Positions 47,654 to 57,560 of a stretch of DNA of 64,000 nt are shown piece after piece (position 1 is the stretch's first letter; every line of letters starts with the position of its first letter). The stretch comes from Candidatus Saccharimonadales bacterium. GTDB taxonomy: Bacteria > Patescibacteriota > Saccharimonadia > Saccharimonadales > DATKHC01. The notes beneath the pieces are model-generated. The model was not told where the DNA came from and did not search any database. It worked only from the letters and a program-made list of their open reading frames with translations. Location of the stretch: NCBI GenBank assembly GCA_038317055.1, contig JBBQBA010000002.1, forward strand, positions 70,106 through 134,105, given 5' to 3'. The position numbers and the translations under genes are program-made.

Positions 47654-48064
47654 ATGGCAGAAGCAGCAGTACCACCAATTCCAATCGCAGTTAAGAAAAA
47701 GAAGGCTAAACGAGCAGTACCTTACGGTCAAGTTCATATTCAGTCAACTTTTAATAACACCATCATTACCTTTACCGACCAAACAGGTGGTGCATTATCT
47801 AATGCAAGCGCTGGTGGCTGTGGATTTAGAGGATCTAAAAAAGGTACGGCTTACGCAGCTCAAATTGCAATGGAAAAAGCTGGTAATACAGCTAAACAAC
47901 TTCACGGTATATCAAAAGTTGATGTATTCGTTAAAGGTTTAGGTTTGGGACGCGATGCAGCTGTTCGTTCACTCCAGAATCTAGACATACATGTTGAAGT
48001 ATTAAAAGACGTTACTGGTGTACCTCATGGTGGATGCAGACCACGGAAAGCAAGAAGAGTTTAG
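47654..48064 (+). CDS. rpsK: 30S ribosomal protein S11
   Basis: VHIQSTFNNTIITFTD...PHGGCRPRKARR. Confidence 0.97.
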   Translation: MAEAAVPPIPIAVKKKKAKRAVPYGQVHIQSTFNNTIITFTDQTGGALSNASAGGCGFRGSKKGTAYAAQIAMEKAGNTAKQLHGISKVDVFVKGLGLGRDAAVRSLQNLDIHVEVLKDVTGVPHGGCRPRKARRV

Positions 48065-48067
48065 TTT

Positions 48068-48682
48068 ATGGCACGAGATCTACAATCAATAGTTAAAATG
48101 AGTCGACGTGAAGGTTATGCGCTTCATCCTAAAGCCCACAAAGCTCTAGTAAAGCGAACTGCTCCTCCAGGTGGAATGCGAAGCGGCCGTCCTGCACAAA
48201 AAAGCCAGTATTCTACGCAGCTAAGAGAGAAGCAGAAGGTTAAAAGATTATATGGACTGCTTGAAAAGCAATTCGTGATTCTTATGAAAGAAGCATTGCG
48301 TAAGCAAGGACCTTCTGGAGAATTATTATTGCAATTTCTAGAACAGCGTTTAGATAACGCGCTATACCGAGCTGGATTTTCAACTAGCCGCCGAGGCGCA
48401 CGACAATTAGTAACTCATGGTCACTTTATGTTAAACGATCGACGTGTTGATATACCATCAATTCGCTTGAAGGCTGGTGACGTTATTGTTATCCGACCAA
48501 CAAGTAAAAAGAATAATTATTTTTTGAATTTAGACGATGTAAGCCCAGCAGCTGGAGATGTTCCAAGCTGGTTGAGTGTTGATCGAAAGAAGTTACAAAT
48601 AACAGTTACTGGTGTACCGCTTCGAGAAGAAGCAGAACCAGAAATTAATGAGCAGTTAATAGTGGAATATTACTCACGCTAA
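48068..48682 (+). CDS. rpsD: 30S ribosomal protein S4
   Basis: 204 aa with LEQRLDNALYRAGF and an S4 RNA-binding domain. Confidence 0.95.
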   Translation: MARDLQSIVKMSRREGYALHPKAHKALVKRTAPPGGMRSGRPAQKSQYSTQLREKQKVKRLYGLLEKQFVILMKEALRKQGPSGELLLQFLEQRLDNALYRAGFSTSRRGARQLVTHGHFMLNDRRVDIPSIRLKAGDVIVIRPTSKKNNYFLNLDDVSPAAGDVPSWLSVDRKKLQITVTGVPLREEAEPEINEQLIVEYYSR

Positions 48683-48695
48683 GGAGGCAAATTAT

Positions 48696-49640
48696 ATGTC
48701 AAAAACTATCCACACACCAAGTATCGTAAACGTAGAGGATCACACAGATAATAGTGCTACATTTACAGTTGAACCATTGCACACTGGCTACGGTATGACA
48801 CTTGGTAACTCAATAAGACGAGTATTGCTTTCCAGCATTGCCGGAGCTGCAATTACTTCTTTTAGACTTCAAGGAGTTAGTCATGAATTTACTACTCTAC
48901 CTGGTGTTAAAGAAGATATCGTTGATATCATGTTGAACCTAAAGAATGTTCGATTCAGAGTATTTGGCGAAGGACCTCAGACGCTACGTATTAGTAAAAA
49001 GGGTAAAGGTTTGGTAAAAGCCAAAGATATTCAAACAAACGCAGATGTTGAAGTAGTTAATCCAACATATGTTATTGCTTCACTTGATGATGAGAAAGCT
49101 ACTTTTGACCTAGAAATGGTTGTTGAAATTGGCCGAGGCTACCAGGCTATTGAAGAAGGTGTTTCACATAAACCTAGTACAGATATGATTGCTATAGATG
49201 CAGTATTTGGTCCTGTACAAAGAGTTAGATACAAAGTTGAGAATACTCGTGTTGGACAAATTACAGATTTAGATAAGTTAATTATTACAATTGATACTGA
49301 CGGTTCAATCTCACCACGTGATGCATTTGAAGAAGCTTCAGCAATTCTTGTTAATCAATACACTGCATTAGCTGGCCAAACCAGAGTAGAACAAACTACA
49401 CTTGTTGCTCTAAATAGCGCTGATGAAGAAAAAGAAGAAGATGAAGAATCTTCTAAACTTATGACTCCTATTGAAGAACTAAATCTATCTGCTCGAACTA
49501 CTAACGCTCTAGTAAACAATGACATCCATACACTACGTGACTTATTTAGTCTAAGTGATTCAGAATTACGTGAACTTAAGGGCTTTGGTAACAAAGCGCT
49601 TGATGAAGTTAAAGAAAAGTTAGCAGAACTGGAACTATAA
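48696..49640 (+). CDS. rpoA: DNA-directed RNA polymerase subunit alpha
   Basis: 314 aa with GYGMTLGNSIRRVLLSS and the C-terminal domain LNLSARTTNAL. Confidence 0.96.
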   Translation: MSKTIHTPSIVNVEDHTDNSATFTVEPLHTGYGMTLGNSIRRVLLSSIAGAAITSFRLQGVSHEFTTLPGVKEDIVDIMLNLKNVRFRVFGEGPQTLRISKKGKGLVKAKDIQTNADVEVVNPTYVIASLDDEKATFDLEMVVEIGRGYQAIEEGVSHKPSTDMIAIDAVFGPVQRVRYKVENTRVGQITDLDKLIITIDTDGSISPRDAFEEASAILVNQYTALAGQTRVEQTTLVALNSADEEKEEDEESSKLMTPIEELNLSARTTNALVNNDIHTLRDLFSLSDSELRELKGFGNKALDEVKEKLAELEL

Positions 49641-50108
49641 ATGCATCGTCACGGATATAAAGGTCGAAAATTTCACCGCGAAACAGATCAAAGATCAGCT
49701 TTGGTTAAGAGTCTTGCGGAAGCTTTGATCATTAATGAAACTATCGAAACTACTCTGCCTAAAGCTAAAGAGTTAGTTCCTTATGTTGAAAAACTGATAA
49801 CTAAAGCCAAAAAGAATGACCTTCATAATCGACGACAAATTATAAGAAAACTTCAAACATTAAGTTCAGCTCATAAATTAGTTGATGATATTGCTCCTAA
49901 ACTTGATGGACGAGATAGTGGACATTTAAGAATTGAACGAACTCGGCTTCGAAGAGGTGACAATGCTCAACTTGCACGAGTTGAATTTGTTGATGATCTA
50001 AAAGTAGCACCAGTTGCTAAAGCTGTAGTGGCAGAACCTAAAGCTAAACCAGTTAAAGCACCTGTTGCTAAAAAACCAACTCCTAAGCCTAAGAAGGAGA
50101 CTAAATAA
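49641..50108 (+). CDS. rplQ: 50S ribosomal protein L17 with Lys/Ala/Pro-rich tail
   Basis: MHRHGYKGRKFHRETDQRSAL. The tail is ...AEPKAKPVKAPVAKKPTPKPKKETK. Confidence 0.94.
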   Translation: MHRHGYKGRKFHRETDQRSALVKSLAEALIINETIETTLPKAKELVPYVEKLITKAKKNDLHNRRQIIRKLQTLSSAHKLVDDIAPKLDGRDSGHLRIERTRLRRGDNAQLARVEFVDDLKVAPVAKAVVAEPKAKPVKAPVAKKPTPKPKKETK

Positions 50109-50548
50109 TGAAGACTTATAGCGCAAAACCAACCGAAGTAGAACGAAAATGGTATATTCTTGACGCATCTAAACTTCCACTTGGTCGAATATCTACTGTT
50201 GCTGCAACTTTACTACTTGGAAAAGGTAAACCAATGTTCACACACCACATAGATACTGGTGACTATGTAATTGTTATAAACTCAGATTCATTGATTGTAA
50301 CTGGCAATAAACTAGAAGATAAAAAATACTACCGACATAGCGGCTATCCTGGTGGCTTAAAGACTTCATCGCTTCAAGAAAAAATGGAAGATAATTCTGA
50401 ATTTGTAATAACTCATTCGATAAGAGGTATGCTACCAGTCAATAAACTACGCGACGCACGTCTTGCACGACTAAAAGTCTACAAAGGCGAAGTACATAAC
50501 CATGAAGCACAGAAACCTGAAGTATTTAAGATAGGAAAGACAAAGTAA
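50108..50548 (+). CDS. rplM: 50S ribosomal protein L13
   Basis: KWYILDASKLPLGR...YYRHSGYPGG. Confidence 0.95.
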   Translation: MKTYSAKPTEVERKWYILDASKLPLGRISTVAATLLLGKGKPMFTHHIDTGDYVIVINSDSLIVTGNKLEDKKYYRHSGYPGGLKTSSLQEKMEDNSEFVITHSIRGMLPVNKLRDARLARLKVYKGEVHNHEAQKPEVFKIGKTK

Positions 50549-50946
50549 TGGCTACACAGACTTATTATTACGGACTTGGACGAAGAAAAAGCTCGACTGC
50601 TTCAGTAAGACTACAAAAAGGTAAGGGAAGTATTGTAATTAACTCTAAACCAGCTATGGAATATTTTTCTGGTAGTAAGGTACTTGTAAATCGATTAAAT
50701 AAACCTTTTGCGACTCTCGAAATTGAAAATAAATTTGATGTTAGTGTCAGAGTAAGTGGTGGTGGAGTTTCTGGCCAGGTTGATGCAATAGTGCTTGGAA
50801 TATCTAAGTCTCTAGCTGTAATGAACGAAGACCTTAAACCAACACTTAAGAAAGCTGACCTTCTTGGCCGAGATCCTAGAGAAAAAGAACGAAAGAAATT
50901 CGGTCTTAAGGGTGCTCGTAAACAGCGACAGTTCACAAAGCGATAA
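50548..50946 (+). CDS. rpsI: 30S ribosomal protein S9
   Basis: YGLGRRKSSTASVRL...GARKQRQFTKR. Confidence 0.95.
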   Translation: MATQTYYYGLGRRKSSTASVRLQKGKGSIVINSKPAMEYFSGSKVLVNRLNKPFATLEIENKFDVSVRVSGGGVSGQVDAIVLGISKSLAVMNEDLKPTLKKADLLGRDPREKERKKFGLKGARKQRQFTKR

Positions 50947-51003
50947 ACAATACAAAGTGCATATGCTTGCTAGTTAGAGTTATAAGAAGTTAAAATACCC
51001 CTA

Positions 51004-51576
51004 ATGGAGCAAGCTCAATTAGATAAACAATATATTGAAACACCAGAATCATTGCCTTTAATGGATGAAGCTGCAATACTTGCGACTTTAAGTTATTTAC
51101 AACTAGAAGATAATAGTTACTTTGTTATCGGCGGAGCAAACATGGTTCTAAGAGGTATTAAACATAGAACTAGTGATTTAGATATTTTAGTAAATCAAGA
51201 AACTTTTGATTGGATGACAACTTTACCGGATGTAGTTATAAAGGATCCGCCACAACCTGCAATTGAACGAGGTGCAGATAATAAAACAGCTTGGCTATAT
51301 AATCTACATACCCTTGTACCCGTTAGTGCAACAACATCACTTGGTGATGGTTTTCACCCAATGTCTTTTAATAGTCACAAAGACAGAGTGGATTTGCAAA
51401 CTGGTGTACCATGTGTATATTTAGGCGAAGTTATATTGTCAAAAATTGCTATAAAACGTAGCAAAGATTTATTTGATCTGAGAAAAATCGCAACCCATAT
51501 AGGTATTAGCATAGAAACTATACTTCCTGAATTTAGAAATATTATTGCTAACTCTGAGATAGACGTTAAATATTAA
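51004..51576 (+). CDS. hypothetical protein, possible minimal pol-beta-type nucleotidyltransferase
   Basis: 190 aa. VIGGANMVLRGIKHRTSDLDILV fits the G[GS]-x(9-13)-DxD NTase pattern. Confidence 0.4.
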   Translation: MEQAQLDKQYIETPESLPLMDEAAILATLSYLQLEDNSYFVIGGANMVLRGIKHRTSDLDILVNQETFDWMTTLPDVVIKDPPQPAIERGADNKTAWLYNLHTLVPVSATTSLGDGFHPMSFNSHKDRVDLQTGVPCVYLGEVILSKIAIKRSKDLFDLRKIATHIGISIETILPEFRNIIANSEIDVKY

Positions 51577-51616
51577 ATTATCTAATGTTACTTTAATTCA
51601 GTTATAATATATACAA

Positions 51617-52678
51617 ATGAGTAAAGAAGTAATATTGACTGGCCTAAGGTCAAATAGTGAATTTCATTTAGGCAATTACTTGGGTGCAATATTACCAATG
51701 GTAAATCTGCAGAAAAAATTAGCTGGAAAATACCAGATTAATATGTTTGTGCCAGATCTTCATAGTTTTACAACTCCGATAGATCATAAAAACTTATATA
51801 AGCAAACTATTGATAATGTAAAAGTCTATGTTGCGGCAGGATTAAATCTAGATGATGAAAATACATACGTTTATAGACAAAGTTATGTTAGCGCACACTC
51901 TGAGCTAGCTTGGATACTAAGTTGTTTCTCATATTACGGTGAAATTAGTCGAATGACTCAATTTAAAGATAAATCTTCCAGACAAGATTCAACAAATGAC
52001 GATGCAACAAAACAAAAATCCAATGTAACTGCTGGATTATTTAATTACCCAATTCTTATGGCTGCCGATATCTTGTTATATGATGCTAAATGGGTTCCGT
52101 TAGGAGAAGATCAACAGCAACATCTAGAACTTGCAAGGGATGTAGCTATCCGCATGAATAATAAATTCGACAAAGAATTATTTACTATTCCAAATGACTG
52201 GAAGACTCAACTTGAATTTATTAACCGGGATAAGGGAGCCAGAATTCGAAGCCTGAAAGTACCAGAGCGAAAAATGAGTAAAAGTATTGATGATCCTGCT
52301 GGCACAATTATGTTATCTGACAGTCCCTCAGAAGCCGCCAAAAAAGTAATGTCGGCAACAACTGACTCACTTCAATCGATAAACCTAGACTGGGAAAAAC
52401 AACCAGGTATATCAAACTTACTACAGATAATTGCACTTATTGAAGAAAAATCTATTGCTAAAGTTGCGGGAGAGTGGCAAGGCAAAACAAATTACGCTGA
52501 ATTGAAAAAGACTGTAGCGGACTTAGTTTCAAAACTACTTTTAGATTTTCAGGCGAAGCTAAGTGGTGTGAACGAATCGTCTACATTAGCAAAACTTGCT
52601 GCTGATGAGCTAAAAATTAATGTTATAGCTAACGCAAAACTTTTGAACATTCAAAAAGCGCTTGGATTACGAGAATAA
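51617..52678 (+). CDS. trpS: tryptophan--tRNA ligase
   Basis: 353 aa with a HIGH-type FHLGNYLG and KMSKS. YPILMAADILLY is typical of TrpRS. Confidence 0.88.
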   Translation: MSKEVILTGLRSNSEFHLGNYLGAILPMVNLQKKLAGKYQINMFVPDLHSFTTPIDHKNLYKQTIDNVKVYVAAGLNLDDENTYVYRQSYVSAHSELAWILSCFSYYGEISRMTQFKDKSSRQDSTNDDATKQKSNVTAGLFNYPILMAADILLYDAKWVPLGEDQQQHLELARDVAIRMNNKFDKELFTIPNDWKTQLEFINRDKGARIRSLKVPERKMSKSIDDPAGTIMLSDSPSEAAKKVMSATTDSLQSINLDWEKQPGISNLLQIIALIEEKSIAKVAGEWQGKTNYAELKKTVADLVSKLLLDFQAKLSGVNESSTLAKLAADELKINVIANAKLLNIQKALGLRE

Positions 52679-52682
52679 AATT

Positions 52683-53552
52683 ATGCCAATATTTGTAGCA
52701 GAAGAGAGCGAAACTGGCTCAAGGTTAGATGTATTTTTATCTAATAATTTGCCCGATTATAGCAGGGCTTTTTTAGCTTCACTTATTGATACTCAAGTTT
52801 TAGTTAATAAAAAGGTTTCAAGGGCAAGTTATAAAATTAGACTAAATGATAGCGTAGAAATAGATTTAAGTAAAAGTACCAATAAACAGATTGAAAAAAT
52901 AGAAATACCTATTATTTATGAAGATAAAGACTGCATTGTAATTAATAAACCGTTAGGAATATTGAGTCATGCAAAAGGAAAATACAGTAATGAAGGAACA
53001 GTTGAGTCATTTATTCTTGATAAAATATCAGGATTTGAGGGCGATAGGGCAGGTATAGTTCACAGACTTGATCGGGGTACTAGCGGAGTTATGATTTGCG
53101 CCAAAAATCCTAAAGCCTATGTCTGGCTGCAAAAACAATTCTCAACCAGAAAAGTTAATAAGGGTTATGTTGCAATCGTTAGCGGTCATCTTAAGGATGA
53201 TGAGGCGGTTATAGATCTACCGATTGACCGTAACCCAAAAGCACCTTCCACATTCAGAGTTAATAGTAATGGTAAATCAGCAGTTACGTCCTATAAAGTA
53301 ATAAAGTTATCGCCACACTACTCGATGATTAGCTTACATCCAAAAACCGGTAGAACCCACCAACTGAGAGTTCATTTAAGCTATTTAGGTCATTCTATAG
53401 TTGGAGATACGTTTTATAAAGGAAAACCAGCTGACAGACTCTATTTACATGCTGAAAGCCTTGAAATTAAACTACCAGATGACCAAATTCATAAATTCGA
53501 AGTTAAACTACCAAAAGAATTCGATACACTATTAAATAGTGACAATGGATAA
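52683..53552 (+). CDS. RluA-family 23S rRNA pseudouridine synthase (RluD-like)
   Basis: S4 domain plus the catalytic HRLDRGTSGVM. ATG 52683 is preferred over the track TTG 52662, which overlaps trpS. Confidence 0.88.
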   Translation: MPIFVAEESETGSRLDVFLSNNLPDYSRAFLASLIDTQVLVNKKVSRASYKIRLNDSVEIDLSKSTNKQIEKIEIPIIYEDKDCIVINKPLGILSHAKGKYSNEGTVESFILDKISGFEGDRAGIVHRLDRGTSGVMICAKNPKAYVWLQKQFSTRKVNKGYVAIVSGHLKDDEAVIDLPIDRNPKAPSTFRVNSNGKSAVTSYKVIKLSPHYSMISLHPKTGRTHQLRVHLSYLGHSIVGDTFYKGKPADRLYLHAESLEIKLPDDQIHKFEVKLPKEFDTLLNSDNG

Positions 53553-54417
53553 TATACTATTTTCGGTAAAAAATAAGACAGAAATAGATCGTTTTATAGG
53601 TAATCCTGCTCACGCAGTAATGTTAATTGGTAAGTATGGATATGGTAAGCGTACCCTAGCTGAATATTTAGCCAGTAAACTGCTTGACGTTGAGTTAGTT
53701 GAGGAATTAGAACGTAATCCATATTATTTTGTGGTTGAATCAGAAAATAATGTAATTAGTATAGAAAAAATACGAAATTTAAAGAAAATATTTCAACTTA
53801 AGACTACTGGTAAAAATGATATTAGGCGAGTAGTTATCATTGAGAATGCTGAGACAATGAACGATGAATCTCAAAATGCTATTTTAAAAATATTGGAAGA
53901 ACCACCAAGAGATAGCGTAATTATATTGACTGTTAAAAACGAAAGTCTGCTTAAGCCTACTGTTTTATCAAGAAGTCAAAAGATAAAGTTACTAAAACCT
54001 ACATTAGATGAAGTAACTGAATTTTATAGTAACAAAGGTATAGATAGCCAACTGATTTATAAAAACTATATGTTTACTAATGGTGCACTTGGGTTAATGA
54101 CTAGTCTTCTAGATGAAAATAATCAGACTGAATATAATAAATATATAGGTGACTCTAAGATCTTGCTAAGAGAAAATCTACTAGGTAAACTAATTTCGAT
54201 TGATAGTCTTGTAAAAGACAAAGATACACTTCAGTATCGGCTTTATTGTTTGAAGCAGATAGCGAAATCATTATTAAAACAATCAATTTCTAAAAATCAA
54301 GATAAACTTACCAATTATTGGTTGAGAGTACTTACATCAATTCAGAAAAGTGAAGACCAAATGGCTAAAGGTGCAAATACTAAACTACTTCTGACCAACT
54401 TGTTTTTACACATGTAG
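53545..54417 (+). CDS. holB: DNA polymerase III subunit delta'
   Basis: GKYGYGKRT P-loop-like segment and VVIIENAETMNDESQNAILKILEEPP. The start could instead be GTG 53539. Confidence 0.8.
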   Translation: MDNILFSVKNKTEIDRFIGNPAHAVMLIGKYGYGKRTLAEYLASKLLDVELVEELERNPYYFVVESENNVISIEKIRNLKKIFQLKTTGKNDIRRVVIIENAETMNDESQNAILKILEEPPRDSVIILTVKNESLLKPTVLSRSQKIKLLKPTLDEVTEFYSNKGIDSQLIYKNYMFTNGALGLMTSLLDENNQTEYNKYIGDSKILLRENLLGKLISIDSLVKDKDTLQYRLYCLKQIAKSLLKQSISKNQDKLTNYWLRVLTSIQKSEDQMAKGANTKLLLTNLFLHM

Positions 54418-54434
54418 TATACTAATTAGTACAT

Positions 54435-55094
54435 ATGTTGGAGCTAATCCTTATATTGGCATTTGCAGGACTTGTATTTTGGAGCCTAAACGCCAATTTG
54501 AAAAACAAAGACATTAAAGTCTTACCAAGAAAACTAAGTGACCGACTTGGTCAACTTTGGGATATAGCCCATGAAGGTATGCGTGAGAATAGATTTTTAA
54601 GAGCTGAGAAGGCGTTACTCACAATACTTAAGATTGATAGTAAAAACGCACCTGCATATAACCGACTTGGAATTTTATATGCAAAACAAAAGGAATATAA
54701 GGATGCAATTGATTGTTTTGAGATTGCATCGAGTATTGAGCCTACAGCTTCGAGTCTTCACAACTTGGGTTTAATTTACTATGAGACAGAAAACTATGAA
54801 AAAGCAGCTATTGCCTTTGAACAAGCGCTTAAACTAGAAGATAATCTAGCGACGCGTCATATTGCGTATGCGAAAGTTCAAGAAAAACTCGGCAACCACA
54901 AACTCATGATTGATGAACTAGAAAAAGCAGTAGAACTAGAACCTAATCAGGAGAGCTACTCTTTGATTAAAAAAGCCTACGAGGACTTGGGTATGGCTCA
55001 AGAAGCCGATCAGATTGATGAAAAAATAAAGAAACTTGTACACGCGCCCGCCAAACCAAAACGTGTTTTAAGACCCAGAAGAGTTGTCATCTAG
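54435..55094 (+). CDS. membrane-anchored TPR-repeat protein
   Basis: 219 aa with an N-terminal TM and repeated TPR consensus (AYNRLGILYAKQKEYKDAIDCFEIA...). Confidence 0.75.
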   Translation: MLELILILAFAGLVFWSLNANLKNKDIKVLPRKLSDRLGQLWDIAHEGMRENRFLRAEKALLTILKIDSKNAPAYNRLGILYAKQKEYKDAIDCFEIASSIEPTASSLHNLGLIYYETENYEKAAIAFEQALKLEDNLATRHIAYAKVQEKLGNHKLMIDELEKAVELEPNQESYSLIKKAYEDLGMAQEADQIDEKIKKLVHAPAKPKRVLRPRRVVI

Positions 55095-55209
55095 TAATGA
55101 CATTTGCTACACTTTGATCTGATACTGGAATAACGTTGAAATAAGCGTTTAAGTTAGCTCCTTTACAAACAAACATCTTTATGTAAAATATGATGTTATA
55201 ATTTTCGTA

Positions 55210-55620
55210 ATGAGAGAATGTCTAAACTGTAATAAGCAGAATATTAAAAAAAATTATACGTACTGTTCAAACAAATGCCAGCTTGACTATCAATATAAGG
55301 ACTATATAGAAAGATGGAAGTCAAACAAGGTTAGCGGGAGCCGTGGTATAAGTGCAAAAAATATCTCAGGACATATAAAAAGATACTTATTTGAAAAATA
55401 TCCTACCTATTGCTCGATATGTAAATGGTGTAAATTGAATCCAGTTACCGGAAAGGTTCCTTTAGAAATTGATCACATAGATGGTAATTCAGAAAATAAT
55501 AATGAAAATAATCTACGTCTAATTTGCCCAAACTGTCATTCTCTAACTTCAAACTATAGAAACTTAAACATAAGACATGGAAGGGTATGGAGAAGAAATA
55601 AATATATAAAACTAACCTAA
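55210..55620 (+). CDS. HNH endonuclease
   Basis: 136 aa with the EIDHIDGNSENNNENNLRLICPNCHS core and N-terminal CxxC pairs. Confidence 0.8.
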   Translation: MRECLNCNKQNIKKNYTYCSNKCQLDYQYKDYIERWKSNKVSGSRGISAKNISGHIKRYLFEKYPTYCSICKWCKLNPVTGKVPLEIDHIDGNSENNNENNLRLICPNCHSLTSNYRNLNIRHGRVWRRNKYIKLT

Positions 55621-55625
55621 TAGAT

Positions 55626-55701
55626 GCCACCTTAGCTCAGTTGGTAGAGCAACACTTTTGTAAAGTGAAGGTCGTCGGTTCGAGTCCGACAGGTGGCTCC
55701 A
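55626..55701 (+). tRNA. tRNA-Thr (anticodon UGU), CCA encoded
   Basis: Hand-folded cloverleaf: acceptor GCCACCT/AGGTGGC, D stem GCTC/GAGC, anticodon loop TTTGTAA, T arm GTCGG-TTCGAGT-CCGAC. 76 nt. Confidence 0.9.
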
Positions 55702-55709
55702 TATATAAC

Positions 55710-55794
55710 GCAGGGGTAGTGAAGTGGTTAAACACAGCAGGCTGTAAACCTGCCCTCTCTGAGTTCGGGGGTTCGAATCCCTCCCCCTGCACCA
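55710..55794 (+). tRNA. tRNA-Tyr (anticodon GUA), long variable arm, CCA encoded
   Basis: Acceptor GCAGGGG/CCCCTGC, anticodon stem-loop GCAGG-CTGTAAA-CCTGC, class II variable arm, T loop TTCGAAT. 85 nt. Confidence 0.9.
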
Positions 55795-55912
55795 ATTAAC
55801 CAATATATTAGAGAAGTTTTATTGCGGAGCTTTTTTTAAAATTATTATGAATTAATGAGGACTTAAAACTTATTATGTGTCATACTTTAAGTAATATATA
55901 AGGAGATTTTAC

Positions 55913-56143
55913 ATGTTCGCAACCACAATATTAGGCGTTACTTTAGGTACAATATGGTACATATTGATATTTTTTGCATGGGTAATTATTGCACTCTGGC
56001 CAGCTTCTATCGCTCGAGCTAAGGGTCGTAGCTTTTGGCTATATTTCATAATTAGTTTATTCTTTTGGTGGATTACGTTATTTGTAGTCCTATTTATGAA
56101 AGATACTGGTACAAAATCCACAGCTTCAGTACCCAAGGAATAA
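55913..56143 (+). CDS. 76-aa two-TM membrane protein with charged C-terminus (holin-like topology)
   Basis: AAGGAG SD 8 nt upstream of the ATG. Two hydrophobic helices, then KDTGTKSTASVPKE. The overlapping minus-strand ORF 55909..56166 is rejected. Confidence 0.6.
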   Translation: MFATTILGVTLGTIWYILIFFAWVIIALWPASIARAKGRSFWLYFIISLFFWWITLFVVLFMKDTGTKSTASVPKE

Positions 56144-56488
56144 GCAGAGAGGTAAAATTTAGCCAAAAATACATATAAAATTCTGAATTCAGGCTTTACA
56201 GAGCACCAAATAGAACGAGCTTGGTTATGTTACATAAATCACTCTCGTTAAATCGTGAAATTTTTGGATCGATATTTAGATTTTGGATATTACAGTGAAT
56301 GGTTCAATAACCACTAAAAGCGATAAAAATAAGTTAGTATTGTAGCTAATAGTATTATTTCTGAATAATAGTTCGAAAATATATCAATCTCAACCCTAAC
56401 CTAAGCTATTTTAAATAAAGATTATTCTCCCGTACTAGTCTATAATGTACAGTAAATACTAGTGGTTAGGGGATAAACTTATAACGTA

Positions 56489-57550
56489 ATGGCAAGACTA
56501 CCGCAACCTGGGGGAGATAACGGCAATTGGGGGGAAATCCTAAATAGCTTTCTTGAAGTGTCTTTTAACGCTGACGGTACCTTAAGAGGCTCAGCAGTTG
56601 GAGCCACTGGCCCGCAAGGTACATCCGTTATTGGTGCGACTGGAGCTCAAGGTCCAACCGGCCCAGGAGGTGGTGCAACTGGGGCTACAGGACCAAACAG
56701 CATAGACATATACTCTACTCCTATAAACTCTGGTACTTCCGGCAGAGTTTTATATGATAATTCCTCAACTATCGGTGAACTCGCTACGACAGGTTCTGGT
56801 AATGTTGTTCTTGCTAACTCACCTCTATTAACTACGCCGTCATTAGGGGTGGCTTCCGCTACTTCGATTAATAAAGTTTCTCTTACAACTCCTGTAACCG
56901 GATCTGTCTTAACAATTGCTGACGGAAAAACTTTTACTGCAAACAATTCACTTACGTTTACTGGCTCTGATGGAACTACAATGAACTTTCCCGGTGCAAA
57001 CTCAACTGTCGTAACACTTGCCTCAATATCGTTAATTACAGGTCCGAAAACATTTAACATTGCCGGAAACGTTGGTAACTTAATAATAGCCGGTAATACT
57101 TCTGGAACAATCAAACTTAATGCCGCAGATGTCGCAGGTAATAATACATTATCTCTTCCAGCAACTACTGATACACTTGCCGTCGTTGGAACTGCACAAA
57201 CCTTTACTGCGACTCAAACTAGCAGTTTGTGGACACAAACACCGTCTACGATTATCGTTGCATCAAACGCGGGTACTGCCGATATTGCCCATGGGATTCA
57301 GAACTTTATTAATTCTTCAGCTGCCACAATGGCAATAACCATTTCTACATCTGGAGCTGCCGACGGCCAGCAGTTAATAATAAGGGTTTTCGATTTTTCT
57401 GCTGTTACTGAAACTATTGGCTGGGTAAATACCGAGAATTCCAGTTTAAATGTACCGACGGTTTCAAATGGATCTATTACTTCACCACTAACCGTTGGAT
57501 TTATGTATAACGGAACTACTAGTAAATGGCGCTGCATTGCAGTAGCTTAG
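56489..57550 (+). CDS. collagen-repeat, phage tail-fibre-like protein (no signal peptide)
   Basis: 353 aa with N-terminal PQPGGDNGNWGEILNSFL...DGTL and G-X-Y run GATGPQGTSVIGATGAQGPTGPGGGATGATGP. GSGNVVLANSPLLTTPSLG resembles a recurrent tail-fibre motif. Confidence 0.7.
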   Translation: MARLPQPGGDNGNWGEILNSFLEVSFNADGTLRGSAVGATGPQGTSVIGATGAQGPTGPGGGATGATGPNSIDIYSTPINSGTSGRVLYDNSSTIGELATTGSGNVVLANSPLLTTPSLGVASATSINKVSLTTPVTGSVLTIADGKTFTANNSLTFTGSDGTTMNFPGANSTVVTLASISLITGPKTFNIAGNVGNLIIAGNTSGTIKLNAADVAGNNTLSLPATTDTLAVVGTAQTFTATQTSSLWTQTPSTIIVASNAGTADIAHGIQNFINSSAATMAITISTSGAADGQQLIIRVFDFSAVTETIGWVNTENSSLNVPTVSNGSITSPLTVGFMYNGTTSKWRCIAVA

Positions 57551-57560
57551 GAAATATTCA

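Noticed and set aside
27156-50936. Many 60-122-aa ORFs inside or antisense to rpoC, fusA, tuf and r-protein genes (e.g. 27156..27404, 31894..32121, 34432..34653, 35950..36306, 41180..41446, 42524..42799, 50568..50936)
   Set aside because: All overlap strongly recognised conserved genes on the other strand or in another frame. Their sequences are low in complexity and lack start-site signals.
55612-55803. 63-aa minus-strand ORF
   Set aside because: It lies exactly over the two hand-folded tRNA genes (Thr-UGU and Tyr-GUA) and is an artefact of GC-rich tRNA sequence.
55909-56166. 85-aa minus-strand ORF overlapping the 76-aa plus-strand ORF
   Set aside because: The plus-strand ORF has an AAGGAG SD 8 nt upstream and clean two-TM topology. 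The minus-strand product has neither.
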